Shown: one piece after another, positions 1-17,391 of the stretch
How positions within the stretch are numbered: position 1 is the stretch's first letter
How the letters are laid out: each line of letters opens with the position of its first letter
Source: Flaccisagitta enflata
Lineage: Eukaryota
Assembly (NCBI GenBank): GCA_965153355.1
Contig: OZ231126.1
Span: forward strand, 46,190,001-46,254,000
Direction of reading: 5' to 3'
Length of the DNA: 64,000 bases
Position numbers and translations under genes: made by a program
Notes under the pieces: generated by a model
Told to the model about the DNA's origin: nothing
What the model saw: only the letters and a program-made list of their open reading frames with translations
The model's database searches: none

Positions 1-2428
1 TCTTTTTGAATTTTTGTTGTATTAAAAAAATCAAAGAATTACAGTGCTGACTGCAGTATGCAAATGAGGCTGGAAATTGTCAACAAAAGGGAAGGAAAAA
101 TTGTAGGAAATTCTAGATGATCTTATCAGTAATTTCTACCTGACATTATACAGCCAGCCTTTTCAGGCCTTCAGAAATTGCTAGGTGGACTATATTTCAA
201 ATCCTTCCTAGCGGGGATTGGATTAAGTTTTCAATTAGCAATAACCACGCCTCAGTTGTTACTTCACTGGCTATGGTATCGCCACTGCGCAAAGCTACTT
301 ATTATTGTTTTTTGATCGGTATGGGCCAAGCCATTGAAATTCATCATAAGATTGAGCCCTGAGCAGATGTGAACTTTGTTTACCTCAATAGACAGTATTA
401 TGTAGGCATAACATTTCAAACTTGGATGTTCTGCCTATTTCCTCCTAAATCAGCAATGATTATCTTTTTGAATTTTTGTTGTATTACAAAAATCAAAGAA
501 TTACAGTGCTGACTGCAGTATGCAAATGAGGCTGGAAATTGTCAATAAAAGGGAAGGAAAAATTGCTGGAAACTCTAGGTGACCTTATCAGTAACATCTA
601 TCTGACATTATACAGCCAGCCTTTTCAGGCCTTCAGAAATTGCTAGGTGGACTATGTTTCAAGTCCTTCCTAGCGGGGATTGGATTTAGTTTTCAATTAG
701 CAATAACCACGCCTCAGTTGTTACTTCACTGGCTATGGTATCGCCACTGCGCAAAGCTAATTATTACTGTTTTTTCATCGCTATGGCCCAAGCCATTGGA
801 ATTCATCATAGGATTGAGCCCTAAGCAGATATGAACTTTGTTTACCTCAATAGACAGTATTATGTAGGCATAACATTTCAAACTTGGATGTTCTGCCTAT
901 TTCCTCCTAAATCAGCAATGATTATCTTTTTGAATTTTTCTTGTATTACAAAAATCAAAGAATTACAGTGCTGACTGCAGTATGCAAATGAGGCTGGAAA
1001 TTGTCAACAAAAGGGAAGGAAAAATTGTAGGAAATTCTAGATGACCTTATCAGTAACTTCTATCTGACATTATACAGCCAGCCTTTTCAGGCCTTCAGAA
1101 ATTGCTAGGTGGACTATATTTCAAGTCCTTCCTAGCGGGGATTGGATTTAGTTTTCAATTAGCAATAACCACGCCTCAGTTGTCACTTCACTGGCTATGG
1201 TATCACCACTGCGCAAAGTTACTTATTACTGTTTTTTGATTGGTATGGGCCAAGCCATTGAAATTCATCATAAGATTGAGCCCTGAGCAGATGTGAACTT
1301 TGTTTACCTCAATAGACAGTATTATGTAGGCATAACATTTCAAACATGGATGTTCTGCCTATTTCCTCCTAAATCAGCAATGATTATCTTTTTGAATTTT
1401 TCTTGTATTACAAAAATCAAAGAATTACAGTGCTGACTGCAGTATGCAAATGAGGCTGGAAATTGTCAACAAAAGGGAAGGAAAAATTGTAGGAAATTCC
1501 AGATGACCTTATCAGTAACTTCTATCTGACATTATAGAGCCAGCCTTTTCAGGCCTTCAGAAATTGCTAGGTGGACTATATTTCAAATCTTTCCTAGCGG
1601 GGATTGGATTTAGTTTTCAATTAGCAATAACCACGCCTCAGTTGTCACTTCACTGGCTATGGTATTGTCACTGCGCAAAGTTACTTATTACTGTTTTTTG
1701 ATCGGTATGGGCCAAGCCATTGAAATTCATCATAAGATTGAGCCCTGAGCAGATGTGAACTTTGTTTACCTCAATAGACAGTATTATGTAGGCATAGGCA
1801 CAATTCGCGGTTTCCCAGGCGGAGCATGAGTTAAATAAGCCATTTTTGAAATCAATTAAATTCAACATATCTATACATCATTGTGAAGGTTATACTTTAC
1901 TGTATATGAATTCACAGTTGAAATTCGTTAGCAGGGTCAAATCTGTATGCAAATTAGGTTATAATAACAAAATCTAAAATTTTCCTTTTTTTCAAAATTT
2001 GATCATTTTATGAAGTAAGATCGACCAGTAAAGGTCTATAATGGTGCAAATACTCAAAGGTAGATGTGTTTACACTATAATGATCATTGGGCAGGTGAAG
2101 TTTTGAATGAAAATGAATGCAACAACTCCAAAAGTCCCAAGAATCAATGTTTTGCATATAGACTAAACAGTTTTGAACAGAGCTACTTTAAAGACCGGAT
2201 ATGAATTTTGAATCTACATGTACATATCTGAAAACCCTTTCATAAATCTGACATTATTGAAATGGATCTATATACATAAATGTATATATTTATATATATT
2301 TGAGGGTTCTAAACTTGCCCACATTGGTGTGAAAACTACCAGTTGTAAAGATTGGGATCGTGCCATACGTCTCTCTGACAAAAAAGTCGCTTAAGTCCAA
2401 ATAAAAACTGAAAATTTTCATAGATTTC

Positions 2429-2581
2429 CTTCATTCATTCATTCATTCATTCATTCATTCATTCATTCATTCATTCATTCATTCTTTCTTTCTTACTCTA
2501 GCTTATTAAGTGACGCTAGATGTCGTCTGTAAATTGTTGAAATATGATTTTGATAACCACAATAATTGCAATCCTTTCATG

Positions 2582-2612
<31 letters not shown>

Positions 2613-2778
2613 CTTCTTCTTCTTCTTCTTCTTCTTCTTCTTCTTCATCTTCTTCTTCTTCTTCTTCCTCTTCAAATTTTGTCTTGTTCTCTTTTATCTC
2701 TTTTATCTCTTCCATCTTCTTCATTTCCATGTCTTTTTTTCTCTGTTTTCTTCTTCTTCTTCTTCTTCTTCTTCTTCA

Positions 2779-2809
<31 letters not shown>

Positions 2810-3079
2810 CTTCTTCTTCTTCTTCTTCTTCTTCTTCTTTGTTTTTGCCTTTTTCTTCTTCGTTTTTGCCTTTTTCTTCTTCTTCTTCTTCTTCTTCTTC
2901 TTCTTCTTCTTCTTCTTCTTCTTCTTTTTCTTCTTCTTCTTCTTCTTCTTTTTCTTCTTCTTTTTTTTTCTTCTTTTTCTCGTTTATCTGCTTTATCTGC
3001 TTTATCTCCTACATGGCTACAACTTCTTTCTTTTCATCATCTTCGTTTTCTTCTTAGATCCGTTACTGCGAGATGGAAC

Positions 3080-3144
<65 letters not shown>

Positions 3145-3160
3145 TTCTCTCTCTTTCACA
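2429..3160. repeat. Compound microsatellite (TTCA)n, (CTT)n, (CT)n
   Basis: Seen directly; explains the poly-L/S/F/E ORFs at 2506-3185. Confidence 0.97.
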
Positions 3161-3235
3161 AAATTGTAGAAAAGAGATTCTGTGAAATAGAAGTGTACAT
3201 AGTCGGTGTAGGCTTTAGTGACAGCATAAGCGTCA

Positions 3236-3435
3236 GTTGACCGGATACACGGCTAACAAAGTCGCTTGCGGGTGGGCAGGGGTCATATTTGAGGTCGCCT
3301 CATCCTTTGGGTAGGAGCATTGAGGCCAAAGACCGCAAAAAAAAAACAAAGTAAAGTGTGATGGACCGACGGACCAACAGACGGACCGACGGACCGACAA
3401 AGCGGGGTGTGGGTCGCTTAGCACGCGACTAAAAA
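3236..3435 (-). mobile_element. HINE/DINE-1-like Helentron non-autonomous element, family A
   Basis: Same structure as the copies at 17754, 29078, 41954 and 49013: subterminal IR AGTCGCGTG, (GTCY)n tract, 3' hairpin GCCGTGTATCCGG. Confidence 0.8.
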
Positions 3436-4301
3436 GGTCTGTAAGAAGTCATCATAAAATAATATTTAGTCGTGGACATGTTACTCAACACCCTGTCATG
3501 TCGGTTGGTAGGTCGGTCCATCCATCCACCACATTCTAGAATTTACAAATGTTTTTTAGACGCGGACACACTTCTCTACACCTTGCCGTTTTGGTCGGTC
3601 CGTCTGTTGGTTGATCAAAAATATTTCTAAACTTGCGAGCGGTTTTCTCATTACTGCTCCTGCCCAACCATCCGCGACTGGTTTGCCGTGTATCCAGCCT
3701 TGTTTTTCATTATTGCCCATGACCAAAAGGCAGGGGTGTTTTACATTCCTATTGAAAAGTTGTACTGCTCATCTTCATCCTCATCCTTATCCTTCGTCTC
3801 TTTCCTTTTTCGTGTCTCTGTCTCTTTTTTCTCATTTCTGTTTCACCTGATGAATACAATTTTTCAATGTTATACGAAAATGTCTAATCATTTCCATCAT
3901 ACCAAATCTACAACCGTCCAACTTTCACTCTTATTCTATAATAACGCATTGAAATACTGTTGTTTGTCATCTCGCTAAAGGCATTATTCGATTAAGCTTG
4001 AACAAAAAGCAAGAATAGTTGATGTTTTGTTTTTTAGTCGTTCTTTAGTTGCGTACACATTACTCTATAAGAGGCTTTGTCCGTCCATCCGTCGGTAGGT
4101 CTGTCCATCCGTCGGTCTGTCCATCGATCGATATAATCTATTTTTTCGCCCATCCGGTGGACGAAACGGTGTTGCCTTTTTAGGACTTCTCGAAATAATA
4201 CAATATGGGACATGAACCGCCAAAATCATGCAAAATGGTGCTGATCGATTCCACTATCTTTTTTTCTCTTCTGTAACCTATTCCTCACCATTTTATCCTC
4301 A

Positions 4302-4388
<87 letters not shown>

Positions 4389-7342
4389 CCGCATCACTTG
4401 TTATCTCTCATACTTTGTTACTACGACTGTTTAAGCATGATTTTGCTGAAACATAAAAAATACCTATAATTTTGCTGTTTTACAGCATTTTACAGCATAT
4501 ACCGATACTAATTTTTTACATCTATAGATCAATTCTTTTCAAAATAGTGTCCCTAGACCAGTTACACTAATTTTGAGTACGGATGAATCAATGCTGCCGT
4601 ATATCAATTAAAACCGAAAAAACAGTAAAAAATGCTGTTTTTACAGCATTTTTACGGCATTTTACAGCACTTATTCAAAACTCAATCAGGAAATTTTTGA
4701 GAATTTAGTAAAAAGTGATATAATAAGTATTTCCGATGCCCATCCCATTGGTTGTTTTTACCTCCTAATCTTTTTTGACAGCCTAAAGCCTCCAACAATA
4801 CGCGATTATTAAAAAAACTTGAGGCAGCTATAAGAAATGTGTTCACACCTAAAGACATGGAATCACAAAAATACTCATAAATCGAGAATGCCTTGACTGA
4901 TGGACTTGAAATTTTAGGGTTGGACGCAGAATTTGATGCTCTTTCAGACCATACCCAGTGCAAACTTCCCTAGTTTCTTATGAAGGGTCTCAATACTAAG
5001 AATCACAGCGTGACATAAGCGTGACAGGGTGTGAACACATTTCTTATAGCACATTGAAAATTTCATATTTCTACATTGAGACATGGCAAAGTCACGAAAT
5101 TTGACATGAACACTCTCATATGTCTTCACTATACGGGCAAAAAAGAAAAAGTTGAAAAATTTAAGTAAATCTGATGTTTTTTTATCAACAATTAAAATTT
5201 TTCCCAAAAATTGTCAAAAACAGTACTTTTAAAAAAAAATTTAAATTTGTAATTTATTATGAACAAGGACCTGTCAACGAATGGTTTTAAGTCCTCAAAA
5301 CCATAACCAGGCCCAATGAAAATGCCCCATTTCTTCATGTCACATTATGTTTTTTCTGATATTTTACAGTGGAGATAGTCAGTGGGACCTAAAAAGGACG
5401 TACAGAAATTGGCCAAATCAGCCCTTTTTTGGGTCTCAGGTCCTAATAATATGTCGACACTGAAGAAAGTAGGTTGTTACCAGAGTGCTACCTGATGTCC
5501 CTGACCACCTAGGGACACTTTTCTCCCAAAAGAAATTGAAAAAGGATACTTTATATGTCATCCTGTAAGGGTATTTCCTTGGCCCGGCGAAACCCGAATC
5601 TTACCCATAACATTTCAAACTTGGATGTTCTGCCTATTTCCTCCTAAATCAGCAATGATTATCTTTTTGAATTTTTGTTGTATTACAAAAATCAAAGAAT
5701 TACAGTGCTGACTGCAGTATGCAAATGAGGCTGGAAATTGTCAACAAAAGGGAATGAAAAATTGTGGGAAATTCTAGACGACCTTATCAGTAACTTCTAT
5801 CTGACATTATACAGCCAGCCTTTTCAGGCCTTCAGAAATTGCTAGGTGGACTATGTTTCAAGTCCTTCCTAGCGGGAATTGGATTTAGTTTTCAATTAGC
5901 AATAACCACGCCTCAGTTGTTTCTTCACTGGCTATGGTATCGCCACTGCGCAAAGCTACTTATTACTGTTTTTTCATCGGTATGGGCCAAGCCATTGAAA
6001 TTCATCATAAGATTGAGCCCTGAGCAGATATGAACTTTGTTTACCTCAATAGACAGTATTATGTAGGCATAACATTTCAAACTTGGATGTTCTGCCTATT
6101 TCCTCCTAAATCAGCAATGATTATCTTTTTGAATTTTTTTGTATTACAAAAATCAAAGAATTACAGTGCTGACTGCAGTATGCAAATGAGGCTGGAAATT
6201 GTCAACAAAAGGGAAGGAAAAATTGTGGGAAATTCTAGATGGCCTCATCAGTAATTTCTATCTGACATTAAAGAGCCAGCCTTTTCAGGCCTTCAGAAAT
6301 TGCTAGGTGGACTATGTTTCAAGTCCTTCCTAGCGGGGATTGGATTTAGTTTTCAATTAGCAATAACCACGCCTCAGTTGTTACTTCACTGGCTATGGTA
6401 TTGCCACTGCGCAAAGCTACTTATTACTGTTTTTTCATTGGTATGGGCCAAGCCATTGAAATTCATCATAAGATTGAGCCCTGAGCAGATATGAACTTTG
6501 TTTACCTCAATAGACAGTATTATGTAGGCATAACATTTCAAACTTGGACGTTCTGCCTATTTCCTCCTGAATCAGCAATGATTATCTTTTTGAATTTTTG
6601 TTGTATTACAAAAATCAAAGAATTACAGTGCTGACTGCAGTATGCAAATGAGGCTGGAAATTGTCAACAAAAGGGAAGGAAAAATTGTAGGAAATTCCAG
6701 ATGACCTTATCAGTAACTTCTATCGGACATTATAGAGCCAGCCTTTTCAGGCCTTCAGAAATTGCTAGGTGGACTATATTTCAAGTCCTTCCTAGCGGGG
6801 ATTGGATTTAGTTTTCAATTAGCAATAACCACGCCTCAGTTGTCACTTCATTGGCTATGGTATCGCCACTGCGCAAAGTTACTTATTACTGTTTATTGAT
6901 CGGTATGGGCCAAGCCATTGAAATTCATCATAAGATTGAGCCCTGAGCAGATGTGAACTTTGTTTACCTCAATAGACAGTATTATGTAGGCATAACATTT
7001 CAAACTTGGATGTTCTGCCTATTTCCTCCTAAATCAGCAATGATTATCTTTTTGAATTTTTGTTGTATTACAAAAATCAAAGAATTACAGTGCTGACTGC
7101 AGTATGCGAATGAGGCTGGAAATTGTCAACAAAAGGGAAGGAAAAATTGTAGGAAATTCCAGATGACCTTATCAGTAACTTCTATCTGACATTATAGAGC
7201 CAGCCTTTTCAGGCCTTCAGAAATTGCTAGGTGGACTATATTTCAAGTCCTTCCTAGCGGGGATTGGATTTAGTTTTCAATTAGCAATAACCACGCCTCA
7301 GTTGTCACTTCACTGGCTATGGTATCCCCACTGCGCAAAGTT

Positions 7343-7637
7343 TTTTTTTCTTTTTTTTTTCTGAAATAGAAGAAGAATGGCATGTGTCATTTTATGCATT
7401 TAGTAGCAATGTCTTTTTTCTTGAGAACCAAATATCTATAGACTACTGACAATCAGGATGATAATTTATGATACGGTTCGAACTACTCCTTTCATGATTA
7501 AAATGCGTTTTTATTCCTGACTGCTGAGCTCCCATTGGAATGTGTGGCAACCCTCCGCAAAAGAGACTCAGTGAGGTCGAGGGCTATCTAGATAAGAGGA
7601 GTCAACCGGAAAGAAATGTCCCATGTCACAGAAAAGA

Positions 7638-7668
<31 letters not shown>

Positions 7669-7759
7669 GCGTGTGCGTGTGTGTATGTGCGCATGTGCGT
7701 GTGTGCATGTGTGTGTGTGTGCATATGGTTGATCATATGCATCCCCATTTCTCTGTCGG
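7343..7759 (-). mobile_element. Retroposed insertion (SINE, 5'-truncated LINE 3' end or retrocopy) with poly(A) tail and 13-bp TSD
   Basis: TSD ACTGCGCAAAGTT at 7330-7342 and 7760-7772. The T-run at 7341-7360 is a poly(A) tail on the minus strand. The satellite resumes exactly after the second TSD. Contains (CA/TG)n. Confidence 0.85.
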
Positions 7760-8186
7760 ACTGCGCAAAGTTACTTATTACTGTTTTTTGATCGGTATGG
7801 GCCAAGCCATTGAAATTCATCATAAGATTGAGCCCTGAGCAGATGTGAACTTTGTTTACCTCAATAGACAGTATTATGTAGGCATAACATTTCAAACTTG
7901 GATGTACTGCCTATTTCCTCCTAAATCAGCAATGATTATATTTTTGAATTTTTGTTGTATTACAAAAATTAAAGAATTACAGAGCTGACTGCAGTATGCA
8001 AATGAGGCTGGAAATTGTCAACAAAAGGGAAGGAAAAATTGTTGGAAATTCTAAATGACCTTATCAGAAACTTCTATCCGACATTATACAGCAAGCCTTT
8101 TCAGGCCTTCAGAAATTGCTAGGTGGACTATGCCTCAAGTCCTTCCTAGCGGGGATTGGATTTAGTTTTCAATTAGCAATAACCAC

Positions 8187-8524
8187 TAGGCTGGATTCAA
8201 TCTGGGCATACAAAAGAAAAGATAATCTCCAAGCAATTTTCATGTTCCACATGTATAATTAGAGGCCTATCTACAAGCAAAATCAATTTGGACTTGATCT
8301 AGTCAGAACGTCATCAATGCTGTAGTTGTATAGAATTACTATGGGAGAAATTTCTTTCACAACTACAGCAATCAATTCTATACAACTACAGCATTGATGA
8401 CGATCTGACAAGATCAAGTCCAAATTCATTTTCCAAGTAGATAGGCCTCTATATATACAAATGGAACATGAAAATTGCTTGGAGATAATTTTTCTTTTCC
8501 AAAGCCTAAAATGAGCCCAGCCTA
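8187..8524. mobile_element. 338-bp palindromic hAT-type MITE with 8-bp TSD
   Basis: Termini TAGGCTGG...CCAGCCTA; TSD ATAACCAC at 8179-8186 and 8525-8532; arms of ~150 bp are near-complementary (e.g. CATCAATGCTGTAGTTGTATAGAATT / AATTCTATACAACTACAGCATTGATG). Confidence 0.92.
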
Positions 8525-8891
8525 ATAACCACGCCTCAGTTGTTACTTCACTGGCTACGGTATCACCACTGCGCAAAGCCACTTTTTACTGTTAATTTCA
8601 TCGTTATGCGCCAAGCCATTGAAATTCATCCTAGGATAGAGCCCTGAGCAGAAATGAACTTTGTTTACCTCAATAGACAGTAACATGTAGGCATAAAATT
8701 TCAAACTTGGATGTTCTGCCTATTTTCCCCTCAATCAGCAAAGATTATCTTTTTGAATTTTTTTTTATAAAAAAAGGATAGAATTACAATGCTGACCGCA
8801 GTATGCAAATGAGGCTGGAAATTGTCAACAAAAGGGGAGGAATCAAGGACAATCGAGGACAAAAAAACAAGCAACCTTTTTTTTTTCATAG

Positions 8892-11690
<2,799 letters not shown>

Positions 11691-12029
11691 AAGATAAGAT
11701 GACTGCTACCGGTCCTAACAAGTAGATACAGAAAAACACGTAATTAAAAGATGGACAGAGAGAAAGAGCCTGAAAAATATATCTATAGACACATCGAAAC
11801 TGACCAAATGAAACTGAAAACGTTGGACCGACCTCCTAAAGTGCCAGTGCAGTGGCATCCCGAGGAGACCAAGCATGATGTTCACGCTATTAAGGAATAA
11901 AAAAAATGAATGAAACAATGAATGTATGAAACAATAAACAACAGCGATGAACAGATAAAAAGAAAGACTGAGGAAGAACAAATGCATGATTCAATGGATG
12001 AATCAGGCAAAAAGAGAATGAAAGAATGA

Positions 12030-12760
<731 letters not shown>

Positions 12761-14582
12761 TAAGAAAAGGAACGAGGCCAGATACCCGACCAATACCGAT
12801 CGTGGACGCGTGGGCAGGGGCGAAATTGCCCAATTTCACATTTTTAAACTCATGCATTTTAGACGGATGGACCAATGTACACAGCTTTCGAAAGAGATGA
12901 AAGTCAGCAATTAAAAAAGAAAGAATAGAGAAAAGATAGCAACTGGACAAATATGTTATTTAGTATAATCGATGTATATATTGAAATCAATATCAGGAGT
13001 CTAACAACAACCAAACCTTTTTTCATTTTGTTCAGTATGGAAAGTGGACGGAGGAGATCAATTTGAACATGAAGATAGTTCATCGGCATTGGAAAAATTG
13101 GGTCACATGGAGCTTACATGCATTCAACGGATCAGCTGTAGAAAAAAAGTAATACAGAAAAACCGATTCAACCGCGATGACAGATTTTTAGAATTCTCAA
13201 AAATCCAAAATGGCTGTTTTGTCGATTTATTCACACATAGTGTTGCATTGGAACAAAAGGGGCCGTAAAAAAAAACATTAACACATGATACAACTAATTG
13301 GGGAAAGGTTGAGAGAAGTTATGCTATTTGAATCCATGAAACTGAAGTGGATTTTGATAATTCTAAGGATAGCTGTGAGGGGTCCGGATGAAACACCAAT
13401 TAGAGCTCCCAAGGCTCTTGTCCTTATTCTAGATTTTTGGTTATAAAGTAATGTTGTCCAACTCCATGTTATTGTGGTGGCCAGGCGTTGTTTATAATGC
13501 CCCTCATTAAATTCTTTTATTATTTTCCAACATTTCTCTAATGTTTTTTAATATTTTTCAGAGAACAGTATTGATGGGAGGCTATGAGAATCTTTTGACC
13601 CACTTGTCGTAGACCATAGCCAAACACCTAGGTTTTACTATAATTTTAATGATTATTCCTAATATATTTTTTAAAAAAGATTTTTTCCTATAATAAAGAA
13701 TTTTGAAAATGATTGGGAAAACTCATGATATTCCTTTTTATGTCATGGCGTGTTCCTGATGATTTCTATATTCTACAAACCATGCAGTGAAGGACACCTT
13801 CAAGGTGTGCCCCACCTGTACTTGGGTCTTGGTGAATATATACATGTGTATTTTAAATATATATGTATATATGGGGCGAAACCCTTTTTTTTGGGTACAG
13901 GACACCAACTGATGACCAGAAGCTGAATGGTTTGTTATTATATCAAATTATATTAATTAGATCAATTTTTATTAATTTTTATGGACATGTACAAAACCTT
14001 TTACCCCTCATGGTGACCTATCATCCCATGATATATCTTCTTTGAAGATGAAGGCTTTTTCCCTTTAATCACTAAGAAGTAATTATAACCTTAACCAATT
14101 TTAGTAAAAATTCACCTTTCTCCCACCCCCCTAATTAGGATAAAGGGGCTCAGCTGGGGATATGGACACCCTGGTTCCTTTTTTTCAGTTAGGTAATTTT
14201 AACCAAAATTGGGCTGAGTTGATGGTCCCGATCAATGCCAGAGGACAGCTCTAACAATACCCTCTCCCTAAAATATTTTTATATTTTTTTAAAATACACT
14301 TAAAATTTTGTTTTAAATAGAAGAAATATGACACATTTAGTAAAAAGTATATACCTGAGGAATTTTGATAGCGTTTCAAAAAACCATATATTAGGTATGT
14401 ATGTGTATGTAATGGAAGCTTACACTATATAAATGTCCGTATTTTTTCAGATTTTCTTTAAAGGTAAATGTTTCTTATTTGGATAATTGTATGGGTTTTA
14501 TGTAGAATAAATTGTTGCACACATCATATAGCTAAAGATGTTCTGGAGAGGGATGCTGTAAGTGGCCAATGACTAAAACATT

Positions 14583-15093
14583 CGGGTGTGTCAATACGCA
14601 AAAGGTCTCCTGATCAGCTCATCATCATCAGGGAGTATGAAGTCGATAATTTCAAGACACCATTTTTATTTTTTTCAATTTCAGTCATCTTCTGTTTTTT
14701 TAGCGCATGTAAAGATTGACAAAAGTATATGTACTTTTAGCGGCTATACCTAGTTTTGTTTAAAATCAGATTGATATATCATTTAGAAAATTCTATTTTT
14801 TCTATTACTAAGTCTTCTTCTATAAAAGCAGAAGATTTTCAATTATTTTTCACAGTGAAAGGAATAAAAAAACCAATGGGTTTTGATTTTTTTTCCTTAT
14901 CATTAATAATCCAGGTGCAAAACCAGCTGCACTACAATATACAAATTAGGGGCTAAATAGGGATTTAGAAAAAAAAACGGAAGATGAATGAAATTTGAAA
15001 AAAAGAAAAATGGTAAGTGTCTTAGAATTAATATTCCAACACTCCCTGATGATGATGATCTGATCAAAAAACCTTTTGCATATTGACACACCC
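14583..15093. mobile_element. MITE with ~55-bp imperfect TIRs
   Basis: CGGGTGTGTCAATACGCAAAAGG...CATCATCATCAGGGAGT versus ACTCCCTGATGATGATG...CCTTTTGCATATTGACACACCCG. TSD not clear. Confidence 0.7.
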
Positions 15094-15654
15094 GACTAAA
15101 ACATAGAGGCTGTAAAGGCATTAGATGGTTAGCGACAATCGTTACCTCTAATATTGCCGTTGGCGAAATGGTTTGTACATTGAGCTGCATTAGATTTGGT
15201 AAAAAATGGCCTGATAATGAAGCTGATTTGCATATTGCAGCCAATTAACCATAAGTATTCGTTGGTGTAGTGAGTGCATTTGTGAGGCATTTTTTCACTG
15301 TTATTACCGTAACTATTTGTTTTTGATTTAGGATAGAGACCGAGCAAGGCAAAAGCGATTTTCATTCTGAGTCGAAAACGCCTTTTGTTCTAAACTCAAC
15401 TACCAGTAAGAAGCGCCCCGTGTGACCGCTAATCGCTACGGAATGACGTCAGACTTGGATTTTCAGAGAGCAGACGTCACGCGCTTTCTGACTTTTTCAA
15501 AATTCACTACAAAATAATGTTTCTCTCGTGCGTATGAGACGCTTTATTAAATACTTTTCCTGCTACGCCTCATTCTTCTGCTGTCACGGAATGAAAAAAA
15601 CCAAAGTCCAATCGATCCTTAACGAAAGCACTCTTCCGTTGGATAAAAGGAAAT

Positions 15655-16545
15655 ACGGCTCGGCAATTTAAGAAGCCCCAGAGCTGGAAGCCCCGGGTGA
15701 ACGTGAGAAGCCCCAAGTGGATGTGAGAAGCCCTAGGATTTAAGAAGCTCTTCTAACTATTGTATGTGGGGGCTTCTCATATCCTCTGAGAGCTTCTCAT
15801 ATCCAATAAAGGCTTCTAACTATGGGGCTTCTCACAGTAAATAAGACTGGGTTTGGCAATATAAGAAGCCTCTTTGTCGGAAGCCCAAAGTAGATGTAAG
15901 AAGCCCTCTAGATATGAGAAGCCCTCAGTGAACGTAAGATGCACAGCATTTTCAAGCGTTCAACCCGTGATTTTAACTCAGGATAAACTGGTGAATTATC
16001 TCACGAAGTAGAAAACTGAGTAATAGCCAAGAGCATACTATTAATGAGGCCAGTTACATGGCTTCCTCAATTGAGTGTGGGTAAGCAAGATCATTATTTA
16101 AAGCCGCTAGACAATTTGGGCAGAAGCAATGAGGTAAAACATTATAAATTAAAAAGTAAATTGTGATGGATGAATGGACTGGCCAACAGCCGGATGGACG
16201 AAGCAAGGTGTTGAGTTGCGTAGTATGCAACTTAAAATATATTGTGTGGAGTATTTCTATTTTGAGTTTACATACTATATTTTAAGCATATTAGTTACAA
16301 AAATAATGAAATGTTTATTTTTCATTTTTTTTTTTATTGATAGGCTAATTTGGCCAATTGGGGGTGAAGAAAAAGATAAAGTGCATAGCAAAATTGAAAA
16401 ATTTAAGAAAAACCGTTTATTTTGAAGAGGGGCTTCTTATATCCACCCGGGGCTTCTCACATCCTCTCGGGCTTCTGCGCCGGGGCTTCTTACGGATTTT
16501 TCCCAGGAAATACGCGCTTCTTCGGCTCTTCGCAGGTGCGCCGTG
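15655..16545. mobile_element. Probable DNA-transposon relic built from repeated (G/T)AGAAGCCCC motifs in both orientations
   Basis: AGAAGCCC recurs at 15670-15925; the inverse GGGCTTCT occurs at 15770-15835 and 16430-16490. Confidence 0.5.
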
Positions 16546-17303
16546 GCCGTTGGATTTTTTCCGTCGATATACACTTTTTATTTTTTATAAGAACCTAGTT
16601 TATAAGAACATCAAGCCTTGTAATCACTAAAAAATTAAGAACGTTGTAGTTACTTTACTAGTAGCTGTCTCTATTTCTTTTGAATGTTTCAGAACAAAAA
16701 TGTTTTTATAAAAAACAAAAAGTGTATGTTCTTTGCATGCTTTTATTTTTAGAACAACACTGTTCATAAGGATACCAGTTTCAGATTTGGCAAAAGAATA
16801 TCTTTGATGCTAATTTTTTTAACTTTTTTTATTTAGTAAACTATGTTATTTTTAACAAAAATTTGAAATAATTAAGTTTAACTTTAACCTTAACCCCACC
16901 TCTTTTTGAGGCCCTAAGCATAGCCCAAGCTCTTACACTAACTTAGTCCATCCTTGCCCCTGTCACTTTACTGGAGAGTGTGAAGGTCAAGGTACAAAAC
17001 ATAAAATCTAGGGGTTTTATTCTTCAATATTACAAATTTGGTTCTTGCATAATAAATTTATAAACTGATAAGATTATAAATATTTTGATATATTATTCTG
17101 TTTTGATAAATTTTTTAAGTAAATCTTTGTTTATATAAAATCATATTCATAAATAATTTTGGAAGATTTACACATATTTCTTGGTTCTTATGAAATAAAA
17201 GCGATTGCCGGTAGCCTTAAGGAAGGCTCGCTATTGGTCACTATTCGCTGGGCAAATTCAAGATGATTTGAGAACAGGTTTCACCGGGGACTGGACGTCC
17301 ATG

Positions 17304-17391
<88 letters not shown>

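Larger units (their letters stand above)
1797..5605. mobile_element. 3.8 kb non-autonomous TIR DNA element inserted in the satellite; TSD CATA (or ATA)
   Basis: The empty site in other units is GGCATAACATTT; here it reads GGCATA[insert]CATAACATTT. Imperfect TIRs are GGCACAATTCGCGGTTTCCCAGGC and (reverse complement) GGTAAGATTCGGGTTTCGCCGGGC. No transposase ORF seen; the interior has microsatellites and HINE copies. Confidence 0.8.
1..8840. repeat. Tandem satellite array, ~461-462 bp unit, about 9 units in the window (continues off the left edge), interrupted by three insertions
   Basis: The anchor TTGCTAGGTGGACTAT starts at 178, 640, ~1102, ~1564, 5839, 6300, 6762, ~7223 and ~8116. Units are highly similar and the last ones (8533-8840) are more diverged. 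Array segments are 1-1796, 5606-7342, 7760-8186 and 8525-8840. Confidence 0.97.

Noticed and set aside
640-834. Repeated 64-aa ORF MLGGLCFKS... (also at 5839 and 6300)
   Set aside because: TTG start inside the satellite; broken in other units; unit length varies between 461 and 462, so no frame is maintained.
1-1796. Possible hammerhead ribozyme or CRISPR-like array in the satellite
   Set aside because: No CTGANGA...GAAA core with supporting stems seen on either strand; units are whole-length repeats with no unique spacers.
15444-15480. CRE-like TGACGTCA / GACGTCAC pair as a promoter
   Set aside because: No linked gene start can be supported; such motifs occur by chance and in repeat interiors.
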